A stretch of DNA of 64,000 bases, from the NCBI GenBank assembly GCA_964016885.1, contig OZ024742.1, positions 201,376,001 to 201,440,000 on the forward strand, written 5' to 3'. Position numbers and translations under genes: made by a program. Each line of letters opens with the position of its first letter. Positions within the stretch are counted from its first letter, which is position 1. This stretch comes from Eledone cirrhosa (lineage: Eukaryota). The notes below the pieces were generated by a model. That model was not told where the DNA came from and searched no databases. It was given only the letters and a program-made list of their open reading frames with translations. Positions 25,061 through 40,587 of the stretch are shown piece after piece.

Positions 25061-28000
25061 CCTTGAATCTCAGTCATTGATGTTGGTTAACTGGAAAGTC
25101 CGTTGGATTGAATATCAAGCCACTACCTGCAGCCTCAGATATTCAGGACGTATCGGAGGGTTCTTGCCGTTCCAAGCAAGCATGCCTTTTGAAGCGTTCC
25201 AAAAAGCGTGAAGGGGCCGATTTTCTTTAACCATCCCTGGAAACCTTTGGAGATAGTCCCCAGTGCGCCTATGACAATCGGGATCACTTTGACTTCATGG
25301 CAGTTCCAAATCCTTTTCACCTCCCACTTTAGGTCCTGGTATCGGTTAATTTTCTCCCTCTCCTTCTCTTGCACTCTCGTGTCGAACGGGCAGGCCACAT
25401 CCACAATCAGGCACGATCTTTTTTCTTTGTCCACAACCACCAGGTCAGGTCTATTGTGTTCCAGTTTTTTGTCCGTCTGTATCCTAAAATCCCACAGCAC
25501 CTTCACCTGACTGTTCTCCATCACCGCCTCTGGCCTATGCTCATACCATTTCTCAGAATGTGGTAGATTGTTTACTTTGCACAGGTGCCAGTGGATCACC
25601 CTGCCCATCACATCGTGTCTCCAGCCCTTATAGTGGGTCTGGGCTAGGTGTTTACACTCGGACACAATGTGAGCCACAGTCTCCTCTCTCTCTCCACAGA
25701 TCCTGCACAGTGGGCTAGCCTCCTCCTTGTAGATATGGTGCTTCAACCACTTCGTTTTGAGGGCCTGCTCCTGCGCAGCCATTAGCATTCCTTCTGTAGC
25801 CTTTTTGAGGTCTCCTCTTCTCAACCAGTTCCATGTCTGTGGATCTCTAAATTCAGTTTTCTCAAAGAAGGTACTATGAAGGGATTTTCCCTTAAGGCTG
25901 CTCTTCCTCCTTGATGTTATTTCCTCCTTGGATATCCCCTGGCCTACTGTCCCCTCCTTCAGTACAGCTCTGAGCATTGGCTCCTTACTATAGGTCACGT
26001 ATTTGTATAGGTTGTTTTTCTCCATCTGAACACAGTCCTCTATGCTGATAAGACCTCTTCCACCCTCAGATCTCCTTAGGTAGAGTCTATCGACATCACT
26101 CCTCTTGTGGAACATGTTGTAGATAGTCAATAGCTTCCTAGTCTTCCTATCCATTTCTTTTTGTTCAGCAACATTCCATCTCAGAATTCCCGCACTGTAC
26201 CTAATAATAGACACAGCTCGGGAATTTACTGCGCTTATGGCATTTCTGCTGTTCAGATGTGACTTCAATACGCTCCTTACTCTCCGAATGTATTCAGTTC
26301 TTAACAATTCCTTCATTTTTTTGTTCTTTATGCCATCAGCCTCCAGAACGCCCAAATACTTGTATCCTTCCTCAGAGTCAATTTCCTTTATCATCTCACC
26401 TGTTGGTATCTGGATCCCGTTACTTCTGCTCAACCTACCCCTCCTCATCACAATGACTCCACATTTACCAATACCAAACTGCATACATATATCACTGCTG
26501 AAAATACGGACAGTGTCAACAAGCACATCCAACTCCTTCTCACTTTTCCCGAAGAGCTTAAGATCGTCCATGAAGAGGAGGTGATTGATGGTAAGCTCTC
26601 CCCTTCCCAACTTGTATCCTGCTCTCACTTTTCGCAGCATAATGGTCAAGGGCATCAGGGCAAGGACAAACAACAGAGGGGACAGGCTATCTCCCTGGAA
26701 GATACCTCTCTTGATCTTCACGCTTCCCAAGGATACTCCAGTTGATGTCAACTCTGTCTCCCAGGACCCCATACTCCTGCCCAGCAACTGTCTGATGTTA
26801 TCTGCCACCCTGAAGATCTCCAGGCTTTTGGTGATCCAGGAATGAGGCACCATGTCAAATGCCTTTCTGTAGTCTATCCATCCCATGGCAAGATCAGTGT
26901 GTCTCCTCCTGCAATTCCCCATTACCATCTTATCAATAAGCAACTGGTCCTTTGTACCACGTGACTTCTTTCGGCATCCTTTCTGTTCGTCCGGTAACAA
27001 GTTGTTTGTGTGGAGGTGATGGTAGATTTCCTCAGACACAATGCTCGTCAACAGTTTCCACATTACGGGCAGACATGTGATAGGTCTATAGTTGGTAACA
27101 TCATTACCCTTGATTCGGTCTTTCATTATCAGAACTGTGGTACCTTTTGTCAACCACTCTGGCACCTCACCCGACACCAAGCAGTCATTGAACATGGCCG
27201 TCAGCTTCGGGTGGAGGGATGTTAAATGTTTAATCCAATACCCCTGCACACCATCTGGGCCTGGTGATTTCCAGTTGGTTAGTTTTTTGGCTTGCCCCTT
27301 AAGAGTTTCAACTGTGATACTCAAATCAGTCTGTTGTTGTGCCTGCTCACCGATCTCCCTCTGTACTGTCTCAATCCACCCTGCCTGGGCATTGGTCTAA
27401 CATCCTGCTCCCATATTCCTCTCCAGAATGTTTTAGCTTGTTCCGCCCCAGGGATCAAGTCGTTGCCTCTTTCTTTCCCCTCAAGCTGTCCAAACAGCAT
27501 CTTCTGGTTGTTGTCGAACATGCGGTTCTGTTCATACTGACTGACTCTGTTCTCGTATCGCCTGATTTTGGCACTCTTTGCTACAATGCGTTGCTTCAAT
27601 TCCTCTATGATAATATTTAGCTTTTTACTCCTAGTTTTGTATTTTATTTCCAGTCTATTTTTAGTGCCTATGTTTTTTAGTGTCCCATTCAGTAGTGACT
27701 CAAGCTTTCCTATGTCATTTCTCATTTCCCCGATTTGCCCACTCAGTCGCTTCTTCCACCACGGCTCTGCTCTTTCTTGCCTGTTGTTTCCTCTCGCTTT
27801 TATACCAAGTAGTTTCCTCACCGTATTTGCTGTTGCTTTGAGGATATTGTTGCACTGGTGAAGACTCCTCGCCTCAAGGTATGGGATGACTTTGTTTACC
27901 TTAGCTGTTGTTTCTTTTAACTTTTTCCTGTCTACAAATCTTAGGTTCATAGGTCTCCCACTATCATTGTTCAACTCATCTACCACTAAATTTAGGATGT

Positions 28001-28720
28001 CAACCGAATCTTGTCCTAGCCCGTCAGCATTCATCTCCTCAGTGGCCGTATCTCTGTTCCAGGTATTATTTATCTCAGTATTCAGATCATTGTCTGCTTC
28101 GGGTGGTTCCTCCGTTCTCAGGACCTCCTCACCTTCATTTCCCGCCGGCTCGCTTGTCTGGCATACTACACCCGCCATCTCCAAGCCATTCTCTCTGCTC
28201 AGTTCCTCCAGTTCCAGCTCGCTTATCCACCCATTAGTTCTTATTACCCGAGCCTGCCCGGCCAATTTTTGTTCATCTAATTTAAATAAACCAATCTCGT
28301 TCCAGATGTTATGCATCCGTCTCCTGTAGCCCCTCTCCTTGGGGTTACTTTTCAGGTAGCATTGCATAACAGTTCTATTCAATTCTTTCGTCCAGTTGGT
28401 TCTGGCCCCTTTCCTTCTTCTTCTTCCTCCAACATCAGCAGTATTTGGTTGACAGTCAGGTTCCTGCTGCTGAGCCAGGGGGCACCTGTTGGGTGAGAGT
28501 CTGTCACATGACGTTCTAGTCTCCATTTCACCGTTATTCGAACTGTTTATGTTCGATATTTAAACACTCTTATCGAGGATTGGCGAATGTATGTTTACAT
28601 AGCCATCTGTGGATCCGCCATCCCACTTGGCCTTTGTGTGGCATTATCACCACGCTGTATACGGACACACATAAACAAACAAACACACGGGCAGAAAGGG
28701 CCCCAAAAATGAATAAGCAT
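25061..28720 (-). mobile_element. R4/Dong-type RLE non-LTR retrotransposon G, near full length; 5' boundary approximate
   Basis: N-terminal WTKELNRTVMQCY..GYRRRMHNIW motif, RT and RLE. The 3' end abuts (TAA)n at 25012-25059. Confidence 0.88.
25135..28526 (-). pseudogene. Dong G ORF split by one frameshift near 27395
   Basis: ORFs 27321-28526 and 25135-27324 join through the alternative frame NAQAGWIETVQREIG..LSITV. All RT and RLE motifs are intact (LFMDD, CRIC..HIVSEC, RHD, RPD). Confidence 0.88.
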
Positions 28721-29121
28721 AAGTTTCATTGTAATGTAGTATTCGAATGTCTGACTTAGTTTTTGTTTTTTAAGTTTTACTTTTTCCCCCCTCTTCTCTG
28801 TCCGTCCGCCTGCTTCTCTCTTCATTCTTATTTTCTTTACGTTTTTGGGGTTTCTTTTTTTTGTTTTTGTTTTTCTCTGTTTGTTTTTCTCGTTTTTTGC
28901 TGTTGTTGCTGTGCTGCTTTGGTTTTGTTGTTTGTTTTTTCTTTTTTCTTTTGAGTCTATCTATATATTTTGATGCCTTCCTCTTTGTTAGTAGTAGGAA
29001 TTCTATAATGTGGAAGTGGCAGCCAGCAGAGACTGGCGGCGTTGGCGATACTGAGACAGTGGTGGTGGTGATGTCGATACCGAGGCAGTGGTGGCGGTGA
29101 TGCGACCGTATTACTGTAGTG

Positions 29122-29172
<51 letters not shown>

Positions 29173-29700
29173 GAGAGGATTTTATGGCAATAATGAGAGA
29201 TTTCATTATAAAGAAATTCCTGCGACAGAAGCAATTGAAGATATCATTCTAGCGGAAGAAATTAATTTGAACTTAGAATATTTTTACCAGTAGTTTTGCA
29301 AAAGCTGTGAAATGAATCGTGTAGCTGCGGAACACCTCTTACTATTTATTCTGACACGGATGTACGAATTTGCATATAATGGTTGTTTTTTTTTAAGGTG
29401 CTTGTTTGCATATAATGGTTGTTTTTGTATACTGGTTGTTTTGGGTTTTAAGATATATATTAATGAAGATGTATATAACTGCACTAGCAACCGAAGCGTA
29501 TGATAAAGTTATATTTGTATAAAGAATTAAATTATTTGAGAACTTTTATCTGTCATCATTTTTTATATGCTCTGTTAGAATTACCACATTTGTTTCTTCT
29601 TATAATAGTCTCTTCGATATATTTCAATCTGTAAGGTCACAAATACATTGAGCTTTATATTTTCACTGGCAATTCCTCTTCAGGTAACTTTATATGTTTG

Positions 29701-29791
<91 letters not shown>

Positions 29792-29825
29792 ATAATTATA
29801 AAATGTAGAGGAGGAACACACGAGT

Positions 29826-29865
<40 letters not shown>

Positions 29866-29869
<4 letters not shown>

Positions 29870-30985
29870 AGAAAAAACGATTATTAGGAAGAACAATTGT
29901 TTTTTTCCTTATTCTTTTCCTCTTTTTTCTGGATTAGAAAATGTTTAAACTATTCTATTTTAAACAAGGACAACATTTCACAGTTAAATACAGCTTTACA
30001 TGTGCATCTGAAAACCTAATCTATGTTTTGACCTGCTCAGGTTGTCAAGAGCACTACATAGGACAGCCCCAAAACAGCCTCCGACAACGTATCACCGTCC
30101 GTAGATCACAAATTAAAATACAGGAATACAGAAAGATTGATTTTAGTGAACATATCGCCAATTGTGTACCTAACCAACTACCAAACATTAGAATTTTCCC
30201 CATTTACAAATTCATAGACAACGCTTTTTCCTCCATCGTACTAATAAGGAAACGTACTTCATTAACAAATTCCAACCTCTAGATAATGGACTAAACTTCG
30301 GACTAAACTAAAACTGGACCGAACAATGAACCATAGTTCAAAATCCCTACGTTCTCTAAAGACAACCTACCTAATCCTTTTTCTTATATAAATGAATTAC
30401 CCCTCTCTTCTCTTTCTCCTACCCGATCACCCTGAATTACCTCCCCCCTGCATATTAATTTTCTAAAAAGAGAAAACACATCCAATCCCAGACGGCCATT
30501 TGCCTCCATCAAGGATCAACTTCTTTAAGCGATCTTGCCATAATAACATTTTTTTAACTGCTTATCCTCAAAAACCATGCTTGTAAATAATATTATTCTA
30601 TCCTTCCCCATTACCTTATCGTGTTCCGCATCACCCGTTTTTTAACTTCAAAAATCTTGTTTGTAAATAATATTATTCTTTCTTTCCCATTTTAATAACA
30701 TGTTCAACATCAACATATTTTCTCTTCTACATTTTGTACCAATACAAATTCCCTTTTTTTCTCTCCCACTCACATAATTTGATAATGTATAAAATGCTGT
30801 AACCGGTAACTGATAATTATTAAATAAATCAATAAATCAATGCTATTGTCAATTAATAAATAAATTAACTACTACCTTAACACATCACACATAGTAAAAT
30901 ATTTTGTTTTAAACATTTTCTAACCCAGAAAAAAGAGGAAAAAAATAAGTAAATATTTTTTTCCTTCCTAATAATCGTTTTTTCT

Positions 30986-30989
<4 letters not shown>
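29866..30989 (+). mobile_element. 3' fragment of a PLE (Neptune-like GIY-YIG) with terminal inversion
   Basis: FTCASENLIYVLTCSGCQEHYIG..LRQR..FSEHI (29941-30282). 29866-29948 is an imperfect reverse complement of 30909-30989. (TA)n on both sides. Confidence 0.82.
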
Positions 30990-31480
<491 letters not shown>

Positions 31481-32491
31481 ATCATCTTTTATTTCTCATT
31501 CTCTGATAAAGGATTAGTGTCCAAAGCGCAGTGACTCTTTTCCTACTAAATCAACGTTAAGCTAGACACGCACATATATAAACATTGTACTGTGGGTAGA
31601 TTTTCCCGTTTACGTTTTCATACACCCCGTCCCCAAATATATATAATATATATAATAACTTAACGGGACTAGCATGGGTTTCACTGCTGGTACCCGTTAC
31701 ATCTCAGCGTACTCATTAGGTACTGTTATGTAAAATCCCAGAGTAGATTCATAGTTATTCGCTTCAATACAGCACACGTAATGGGTACCTCCAATCTATA
31801 CACGTACTCGAGTTTCGAGCACACTTAATGCAACAATAGAGTGCACAGAGTCCACTACCTGCATTTATTATGCAACAATGCACAATTGGCGCATGTGGCT
31901 TCATCAGCCGGTTTCACCTAATCAATAACTAATCAATCAACAAAATTCGATTCTAGTTCCTATCGGCTATTACAGTGAATGTGACGATCAACACAGTAAT
32001 ACCTTAGCAACTGACATCCCTATGTGTAATCACAATGCCATCAACCAATTGGCTACTGTTTCAGAAAGTTACGTGACGGTAGGAGACGAAATTCAAATAG
32101 TTCCGCTCCCGCCATAAGCACTCAGCTAACGTATCTCCAACACAAATTAACAAGTGAGTGAAGAATCGGTTATGAGAGAAAATCAGCCTCCAATCGCTGT
32201 ACAATAGAATGGCAGCATTCGGCTCAAGTCTCCATGTACCACGAAGAAAAGTAGTGCGACAGTAACAATGGTAGTGCCTAAGACATTTCCGGCCATTAAA
32301 TGCCAACAGGCGATTCGAGACAGTGTATATAATACACTAGAGTTTTGACAATTTGGCTGGTGGTAACTGTACTTAAAATCGATTGTCAATGTAACACTAA
32401 GGTTAGCGATTCTTAGACACATCTGACCAATGAAACATTTGTTAATACTTGGAATAAAACCTACTGTATAGCTGATAAGTGTTCACTCCTT

Positions 32492-33733
<1,242 letters not shown>

Positions 33734-33740
33734 ATATATA

Positions 33741-33802
<62 letters not shown>

Positions 33803-33868
33803 TACATATATAAAATTGAAAAAGTGGAGAATAACATGGTCAACAGTACAAAAAAGGGGATTTATTTG

Positions 33869-33978
33869 CAGTCTAACAATTGTTTCACTAATAGAGTTGT
33901 CTAAAAAGTGGTGGACACTAAAAGCAGTGCCACTCAATTTTAAATACGATGTTAACTCTATTAGATCTTCGGAAACTG
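33869..33978 (-). ncRNA. Hammerhead-like motif (U4C variant, long stem II), inverted copy
   Basis: Reverse complement of 37564-37673. Stem II arm CTAATAGAGTT/AACTCTATTAG pairs perfectly in this copy. Confidence 0.6.
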
Positions 33979-36900
33979 TAAAAAGAAATATATGTAACCG
34001 GCAAATTTACAAATTCAAATTACATCATCAATAATAAAATTAATAATAAAGATATAGAGAGAAAATGAGGAACAAATGGAGATGGATACAGTAAAGAAAG
34101 AAAGGAAAGGAAGGAGAAAGAAGAATAAGGAAAAAGAAATAGAGAAAGAAGAAGAAACAGGAGAAATTATTATAGATAGAAATATAAAGAGAAGATATAT
34201 AGAAGATGATGGTAGCTAGAGGAGAGACAAACATAAGTATAAATAACGTAGGATAGAAAGAAGAATAGAGGGACAAATAAATGAATAAACGTTAATACAT
34301 GAATAAATGTAAATAAAAATAAAAAACATACCTATACCCATAAACAAGGAATATATGCTCGGTATGATACAAAGAACTAATGATTTTATCCATAGAATCA
34401 GATGGAAAGCATATCATTACGATAAAGGACATTATAATAATGATAGAAACAATGGGCCTACCACTGAATAATATGGGTTTAGATCCTGCAAAAATCCACC
34501 GAGCAACTCACAACTTGATGCCTTTGAACTTCACCTCATGAACATGATAAATGCAATTAAATTAAAAAAACGAACACATCATAACAAACTGCAAAATAAC
34601 ATCAATGCACTACTAAAAAAATTACCTAGCACCAACGGTATTATAGTAAAGGCAGACAAAACATCAAATGTATACACCATGAACCTTAATACATAAAACA
34701 ATTTTATACGCCGGGAATTACATAAAACAATACAAGAAAACTATAGAGTCTACAGTCAATAGCATTAACAAGGAAGGACTTCACATAGTAAAAAAACTTA
34801 AAATATCTGATAGAACAGAACCTCAAAACCCTTGTAAACCCACTTTTAATCTGGAGGATCATAAATGTAACTTCGAAACTAACCCTACTATTAGATTAAT
34901 ATGTCCATCAAAATCAGATATAGGCAGAATTAGCAAGTTTATATTAAATAGAATAATACCACAAATTAAAGAACAAGTAATAATCAAGCTCTGGGGTAAC
35001 ACAAATGAATCAATAGATTGGTTTAATAAATTAGACAATAGAGAATCTTCCGACTTTATACAATTTGACATAAATGACTACTACTCTTCTATTTCCCCAG
35101 TTACACTAAATAAGGCACTATCCTTTGCACAAAAAAACTCTGACCTTTCACCAGATGAAATTAAAGTACTACTAGCTGCTAGAAGAACAATAGTTACTGG
35201 GAGCGAAAAAATAGACAGAATAACTTCGATATAACTATGGGATCAAATGATTCAGACTAAATTACAGACATTGTTGGAATTTATATAGCACATTTCTTAT
35301 ATAGGGAATTTGAGAACCTACAACTTGTACAAGGAGGAATCTATAGAGACGATACACTACTTTTAGCTAAAAACTTAAATAATCCAAACTTAGATAGATT
35401 AAGGAAAAAGATTAGAAAATTCTTTAATAATTTAGGCCTTAACATCACTTTTGAACCCAACTCTAAAAAAGCTAACTTCTTAGATGTATCGCTCAACCTT
35501 AACTCAGGACTAATAGAACCCTTCCATAAAAATAATGAAAATTTAGCTTACATTTATTATAACTCTAATCACCATAATTAACTCCATAGCACATAGTATA
35601 TCCCTTAGAATCTCGCGCCTTTCTTCTAACATAGAAATGTTTAATGAACACGCTAACTACTACAACATAGCTTTACTTAAGGCAGGCCATAAAAAGAGAC
35701 TCAAATACATACCAGATACAAAAAATAAGAACACACTTAATATTAATAGCACCATCCACATCTATAAAAACAACAAACCTAGGACTAAACATAAACATTG
35801 GCAACAAGCACGTAAATTAAAGGAACAGAATACTAATACACAGACCACTAATAACTATAGAAGATGCAGAAATAGAAACTACTTATGGTACAATCCAATG
35901 TTTAACTCCTCTATAAAAACTAAACTACATTACACTTTTTGCAAATTAGTTGACAAACATTTCCCTAAAATTCATAAATATCATAAAATCTTTAATAGAA
36001 AAACTATCAAACTATCATACTCCACTGCCAACAACTTAGAATCGCACATACATAAAATTAACTATAAAAGAATTTATAAATCAAGTGGCCCGCAAATAAG
36101 TACCATAACACCTAATACAAAACATAAGCATATAACATCATCACAACCAAACACACATCAGAGCACATCACCATAGTACATCAACAAACCCAATTCTCAG
36201 CCCATACATAGCAACAAACAAAACCATATAGAAGAACCGGCGCATAGAAAAGCATCTAGATGTAACTGCCATCTACCTGACAAATGCCCTTTACAAAATG
36301 GATGCCTAGAGACAAATATAGTATACCTATGTACTATAAATTCAGGTAGCTTAGCATGGCATTACATTGGTTCCACAGCTGGGGAGTTTAAGAAAAGGTG
36401 GTACGTACATAGACACTCTATGACTAACAGGAATCTCTCAAAGACAACGACTCTCGCCAATAAAATCTGGCAACTCAAAGATGCAAACATGGAATATAAA
36501 ACCAGCTGGACAAAGCTATCAAAAGCAAACTCTGCTCTCTGTAATATGGAACTTTTCCAAATTTTTAATTTCAATAAAATTCTTCTTAACAGTAAAATTG
36601 AAAAAACTATTTTTTGTCGACATAAATCGGCGACTAAATTTGAGAACTTTAGACCAGCTTAATCCCATCTTATCTATTCCATAACCCAGATTGTACCACT
36701 TGGATATATTATGATATCACATTATCAACATCATCATCATTATAATTATAATTATAATTGTCCTCATCTATCAAAGAACAACATCAAAACCTCTTATATT
36801 TACATTCTTATTTTATATATCTCTATTTTTCACTTTTTATCTTTATATTTCTCTCCCTAAATTTATTTCATCTCTGTCATTTTATTTTATCATATAATAT

Positions 36901-37563
36901 AACTTAAAACTAATTAATTTATTTATTTATTAAAATAACCAATACACACATAAATATATTTAACATTATCATATTTTCACCTTATTATGTCTCCATATAT
37001 TTCAACAATTCTCAAAAACCATTCTTAATAATTTTAATATGTTTAAATATTCTTCGCACATTTTTACTCTTTTTACTCCTTTTACGTATTTATTTTTATT
37101 CTTCATTTTTCACATTTTATACCATTTTATATCACATTAGATATAACTTATATATTTATTTATTTATTTATTTATTTATTTATCAATTCTTATATATTTG
37201 TTTATATATTTTTCATATATTTTTATATATCTACTTTTATTTTTATTTACATTTATTCATGTATTAACGTTTATTGATTTATTTGACCCTCTATTCTTCT
37301 TTCTATCCTACGTTATTTATACTTATGTTTGTCTCTCCTCTAGCTACCATCATCTTCTATATATATTCTTCTCTTTATATTTCTATCTATAATAATTTCT
37401 CCTTTTTCTACTTCTTTCTCTTTTTCTTTTTCTTTTTCCTACTTCTTTCTCCTTCCTTTCCTTTCTTTCTTTACTGTATCTATCTCCCTTTCTTCCTCAT
37501 TTTCTCTCTTTTGATGATGTAATTTGAATTTGTAAATTTGCCGGTTACATATACGTTTTTTAA

Positions 37564-37673
37564 CAGTTTCCGAAGATCTAATAAAGTTAACATCGTATTT
37601 AAAATTGAGTGGCACTGTTTTTAGTGTTCAGCAAATTTTAGACAACTCTATCAGTGAAACAATTGTTAGACTG
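37564..37673 (+). ncRNA. Hammerhead-like motif (U4C variant, long stem II) in the pLTR of PLE D
   Basis: CAGTTT-CCGAAGA-[~80-nt stem II]-GAAA-CAATTG-TT-AGACTG, with palindromic stem III. Confidence 0.6.
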
Positions 37674-37913
37674 CAAATAAATCCCCTTTTCTGTACTGTT
37701 GACCATGTTATTCTCCACTTTTTCAATTTTATTACTCCAAGATAAACTTACATAGGAATACTAGTGAAATTATAAACTCGTCATCTACGTAAACCTCTTG
37801 TTGAGTCAAGCAAAACTATCGCTAAAACTATCCATAATAAGAAATATTCAAAACCTCTAATTGGAATACCTTTAACGATATTTTATTATCCTTTATATAC
37901 ATATATATATATA

Positions 37914-37977
<64 letters not shown>

Positions 37978-38049
37978 TGTGAGTGTGTGTGTGTATGTAT
38001 GTATGTATGTATGTATGTATGTATGTATGTATGTATGTATGTATGTATG

Positions 38050-38090
<41 letters not shown>

Positions 38091-38753
38091 TAATAAATAA
38101 ACAGAGAACAAAAAACAGAGAAGCAGTACAAATGATATTAGTATTAGTTTCACGCTTCAGAGTGTGGAGTGGGGGACGACGTTTCGGGTATAAGCCCTTC
38201 ACCGGGAGAAAAGTGTGTAGGAAGAGAGTTCCGAGTGTTTGTGAGGGAGTGGTGGAAAGACATTTAAAAAAACAATTTGTTTAGAGAGTAAAGGAAATTT
38301 TTAAAAAGTACAAATAAAAATAAAAATTAAAATTAAAATAAACAAGTGGTGAAAGGGTGTGAGGCGTGTAGGGGTGAAGTGGGTGGAGGGGATGGAAAGG
38401 GGAGAGGGAGGCGGGGGGAGGAGGGGTGCGAGCGGAGAGAGGTTCGAGTGGAGAGGGCTGAAGGTGGTGTTTGTGTATGGGTGTAGGTGTACGTGTGTGT
38501 GTGTGTATGTGAATGTGAGACTTGGGGGAAGAACGAGATTCCATGTTCAGGTAAAAGGGAAATCGGTGTGTACATGTGGTTGGGTGTAAGTCGGTGTGTG
38601 AGTGTGTGTGGATAGAGAGGTATCAGGTGGGTGGGGAGGGTGGTGGAGTCCGGAGGCTGAGTGTGTGTGTATGTGGGGATACGCACGTGTGTGTTTGTGT
38701 TTATATGTGGTGTGGATGTAGGTGGCGTGGTTCGAAAATAATGTGTTTGTACG

Positions 38754-38791
<38 letters not shown>

Positions 38792-38793
<2 letters not shown>

Positions 38794-38964
38794 GGAAAAG
38801 AGTCCGGACCCAGACCTCCAGCCGTTTCGGATCTAGTTGTCGAAACGGCCGGAGCTCAGCCGTCGAGGACCTGACTCTTTTCCTATTACCCACTCTACTA
38901 CCCTAAGTATCAAGTACTGTCATGCATTATGCTCCACCTGGTTCCTTACCACACTTTCTTTGTT
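38792..38964 (+). mobile_element. Mini fold-back element, family H copy 2
   Basis: TAGGAAAAGAGTC..GCCGTTTCG / CGAAACGGC..GACTCTTTTCCTA followed by tail TTACCCACTCTACTACCCTAAGTA. (TA)n flanks. Confidence 0.75.
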
Positions 38965-39739
38965 ATATATATATATATATATACAGATAAATCCACCAAT
39001 CAATGGTAGGGTCCAAGCCGTATGAAGAACTCAATGTAATCCGTATGTAGATGTCGTGAAGCAAAGTTTAAAATACAAATTCATTGGAAGCAGAGTCAAA
39101 ATAATACAAATAGTGAAAATAATGAAATAAAATAAAATAAATAAAATACGGGTAATTACCCGTATTTTGTTTAATTTCATTGTTTTCACTATATATATAT
39201 ATATATATATATACTCCATTAAGTGCTCGATAAAAACCACTTGTGTAATGAGTCATCTGACGTCACATTACTACACACTTCAAGAATATAATGTTCATTA
39301 AGTGAAGAATTGCATGTTGGGTGAGAATGTAGGAGTGAGAAAGGGATATGCAAGAGTTTATATAAAGAAGGTGGGGAAGGGGGTGAAGAGGTGAAAGAGA
39401 GGAGAGTGGGGTAGAGAAACGACCAAGAGAGAGAGAGGGGAGAGAAAAAGAGGGGGAGTAAGCGAGAGAAAACGGGGAGAAAGGGAGAGAGAAAGAGGGA
39501 AAGAAAGGGGGAGAGTAAGAGAGGGAGACGTGAGAAAAACAGAATAACAGAGAAGTGTGCTTTGTAGAGAGAAGGAGGACTAGAAGTTATCAACAGACGG
39601 CGTTGTTAAATACAATTCCGACACCATTGAAAAAGCTTTTGTGTAAAATTTCTCATCAATCCCAATATGTCTGAAACACAGAAAACTATTTCTGTGTTAT
39701 TATTCAGTTCCTCCCCTCTTCAACTTCACCCTCATTTTC

Positions 39740-39892
39740 TTGTTGTTGTTGTTGTTGTTGTTGTTGTTCTTCTTCTTCTTCTTCTTCTTCTTCTTCTTCT
39801 TCTTCTTCTTCTTCTTCTTCTTCTTCTTCCTCCTCCTCCTCCTCCTCCTCCACCTCCTCCTCCTCTTCCTCCTCCTCCTCCTCCTCCTCCTC

Positions 39893-39990
<98 letters not shown>
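39740..39990. repeat. Compound trinucleotide array (GTT)n(CTT)n(CCT)n(ACT)n
   Basis: Directly visible. Confidence 0.95.
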
Positions 39991-39991
<1 letters not shown>

Positions 39992-40379
39992 TCTCTGCTT
40001 CTAGTTGTTTGCGCTGTTCTTTTCCTTATTTATCTATTACCACTTCCTTCCACTCTTCCCTCATTGCTCTTCTCTCTCCCCTCTTTTATCCACGTGCTCA
40101 GCTCTCATTGCCCGCTCTCCCCTCTCCCTTTTCCTCTCATCTCCTTATCTTACTCCTCTCACGCTACCCACCCAATCTCTTTTTCTGTATCTGTATCTCT
40201 GTCTGACTATCTATCTATCTATCAATCTATCAATATATCTATCTATCAATATATCTATCAATCTATCTATCTATCTAGCTAGCTAATTACCTATCTACCT
40301 ATCTATCAATCAATCAATCAAACTATCTATCTATTTTCTATCTATCTATCTATCTATCCAGCTATCTATCTATCTATTT

Positions 40380-40478
40380 GTTATTTTATTAATAGTTTTA
40401 TTTTCATATACCTGTATGTAAACTCCCCATTTGTATTTGTCCCCTTCTTTTGAGCCCTTGTGGCTAATAAATAAATTT
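40380..40478 (+). mobile_element. 3' terminal fragment of a Tx1-like LINE within (TATC)n
   Basis: CTGTATGTAAA.TCCCC..TGTATT.TGTCC..CCCTT.TGGC.AATAAA is similar to the 3' end at 46050-46115. Confidence 0.65.
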
Positions 40479-40492
40479 ATCTATCTATTTAT

Positions 40493-40538
<46 letters not shown>

Positions 40539-40547
40539 CTCTATCTA

Positions 40548-40587
<40 letters not shown>

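Larger units (their letters stand above)
33811..37895 (+). mobile_element. Degraded PLE D (Hydra-clade-like) with a ~500-bp inverted pLTR at its 5' end
   Basis: KADKTSNVY, FIQFDINDYYSSI, MGSNDS, GGIYRDD, WYNPMFN..DKHFP..HKIFNRKTIKLSYS, CNC..CPL..C, NIVYLC..YIGST..FKKRW. 33811-34324 is approximately the reverse complement of 37236-37732. Confidence 0.9.

Noticed and set aside
22631-28496. Plus-strand ORFs overlapping the Dong elements
   Set aside because: They are antisense shadows of the RT ORFs and show no motifs.
28530-28760. Possible HDV-like ribozyme in the Dong G 5' UTR
   Set aside because: A TCCTCG motif and some pairing exist, but I could not build the nested pseudoknot by eye.
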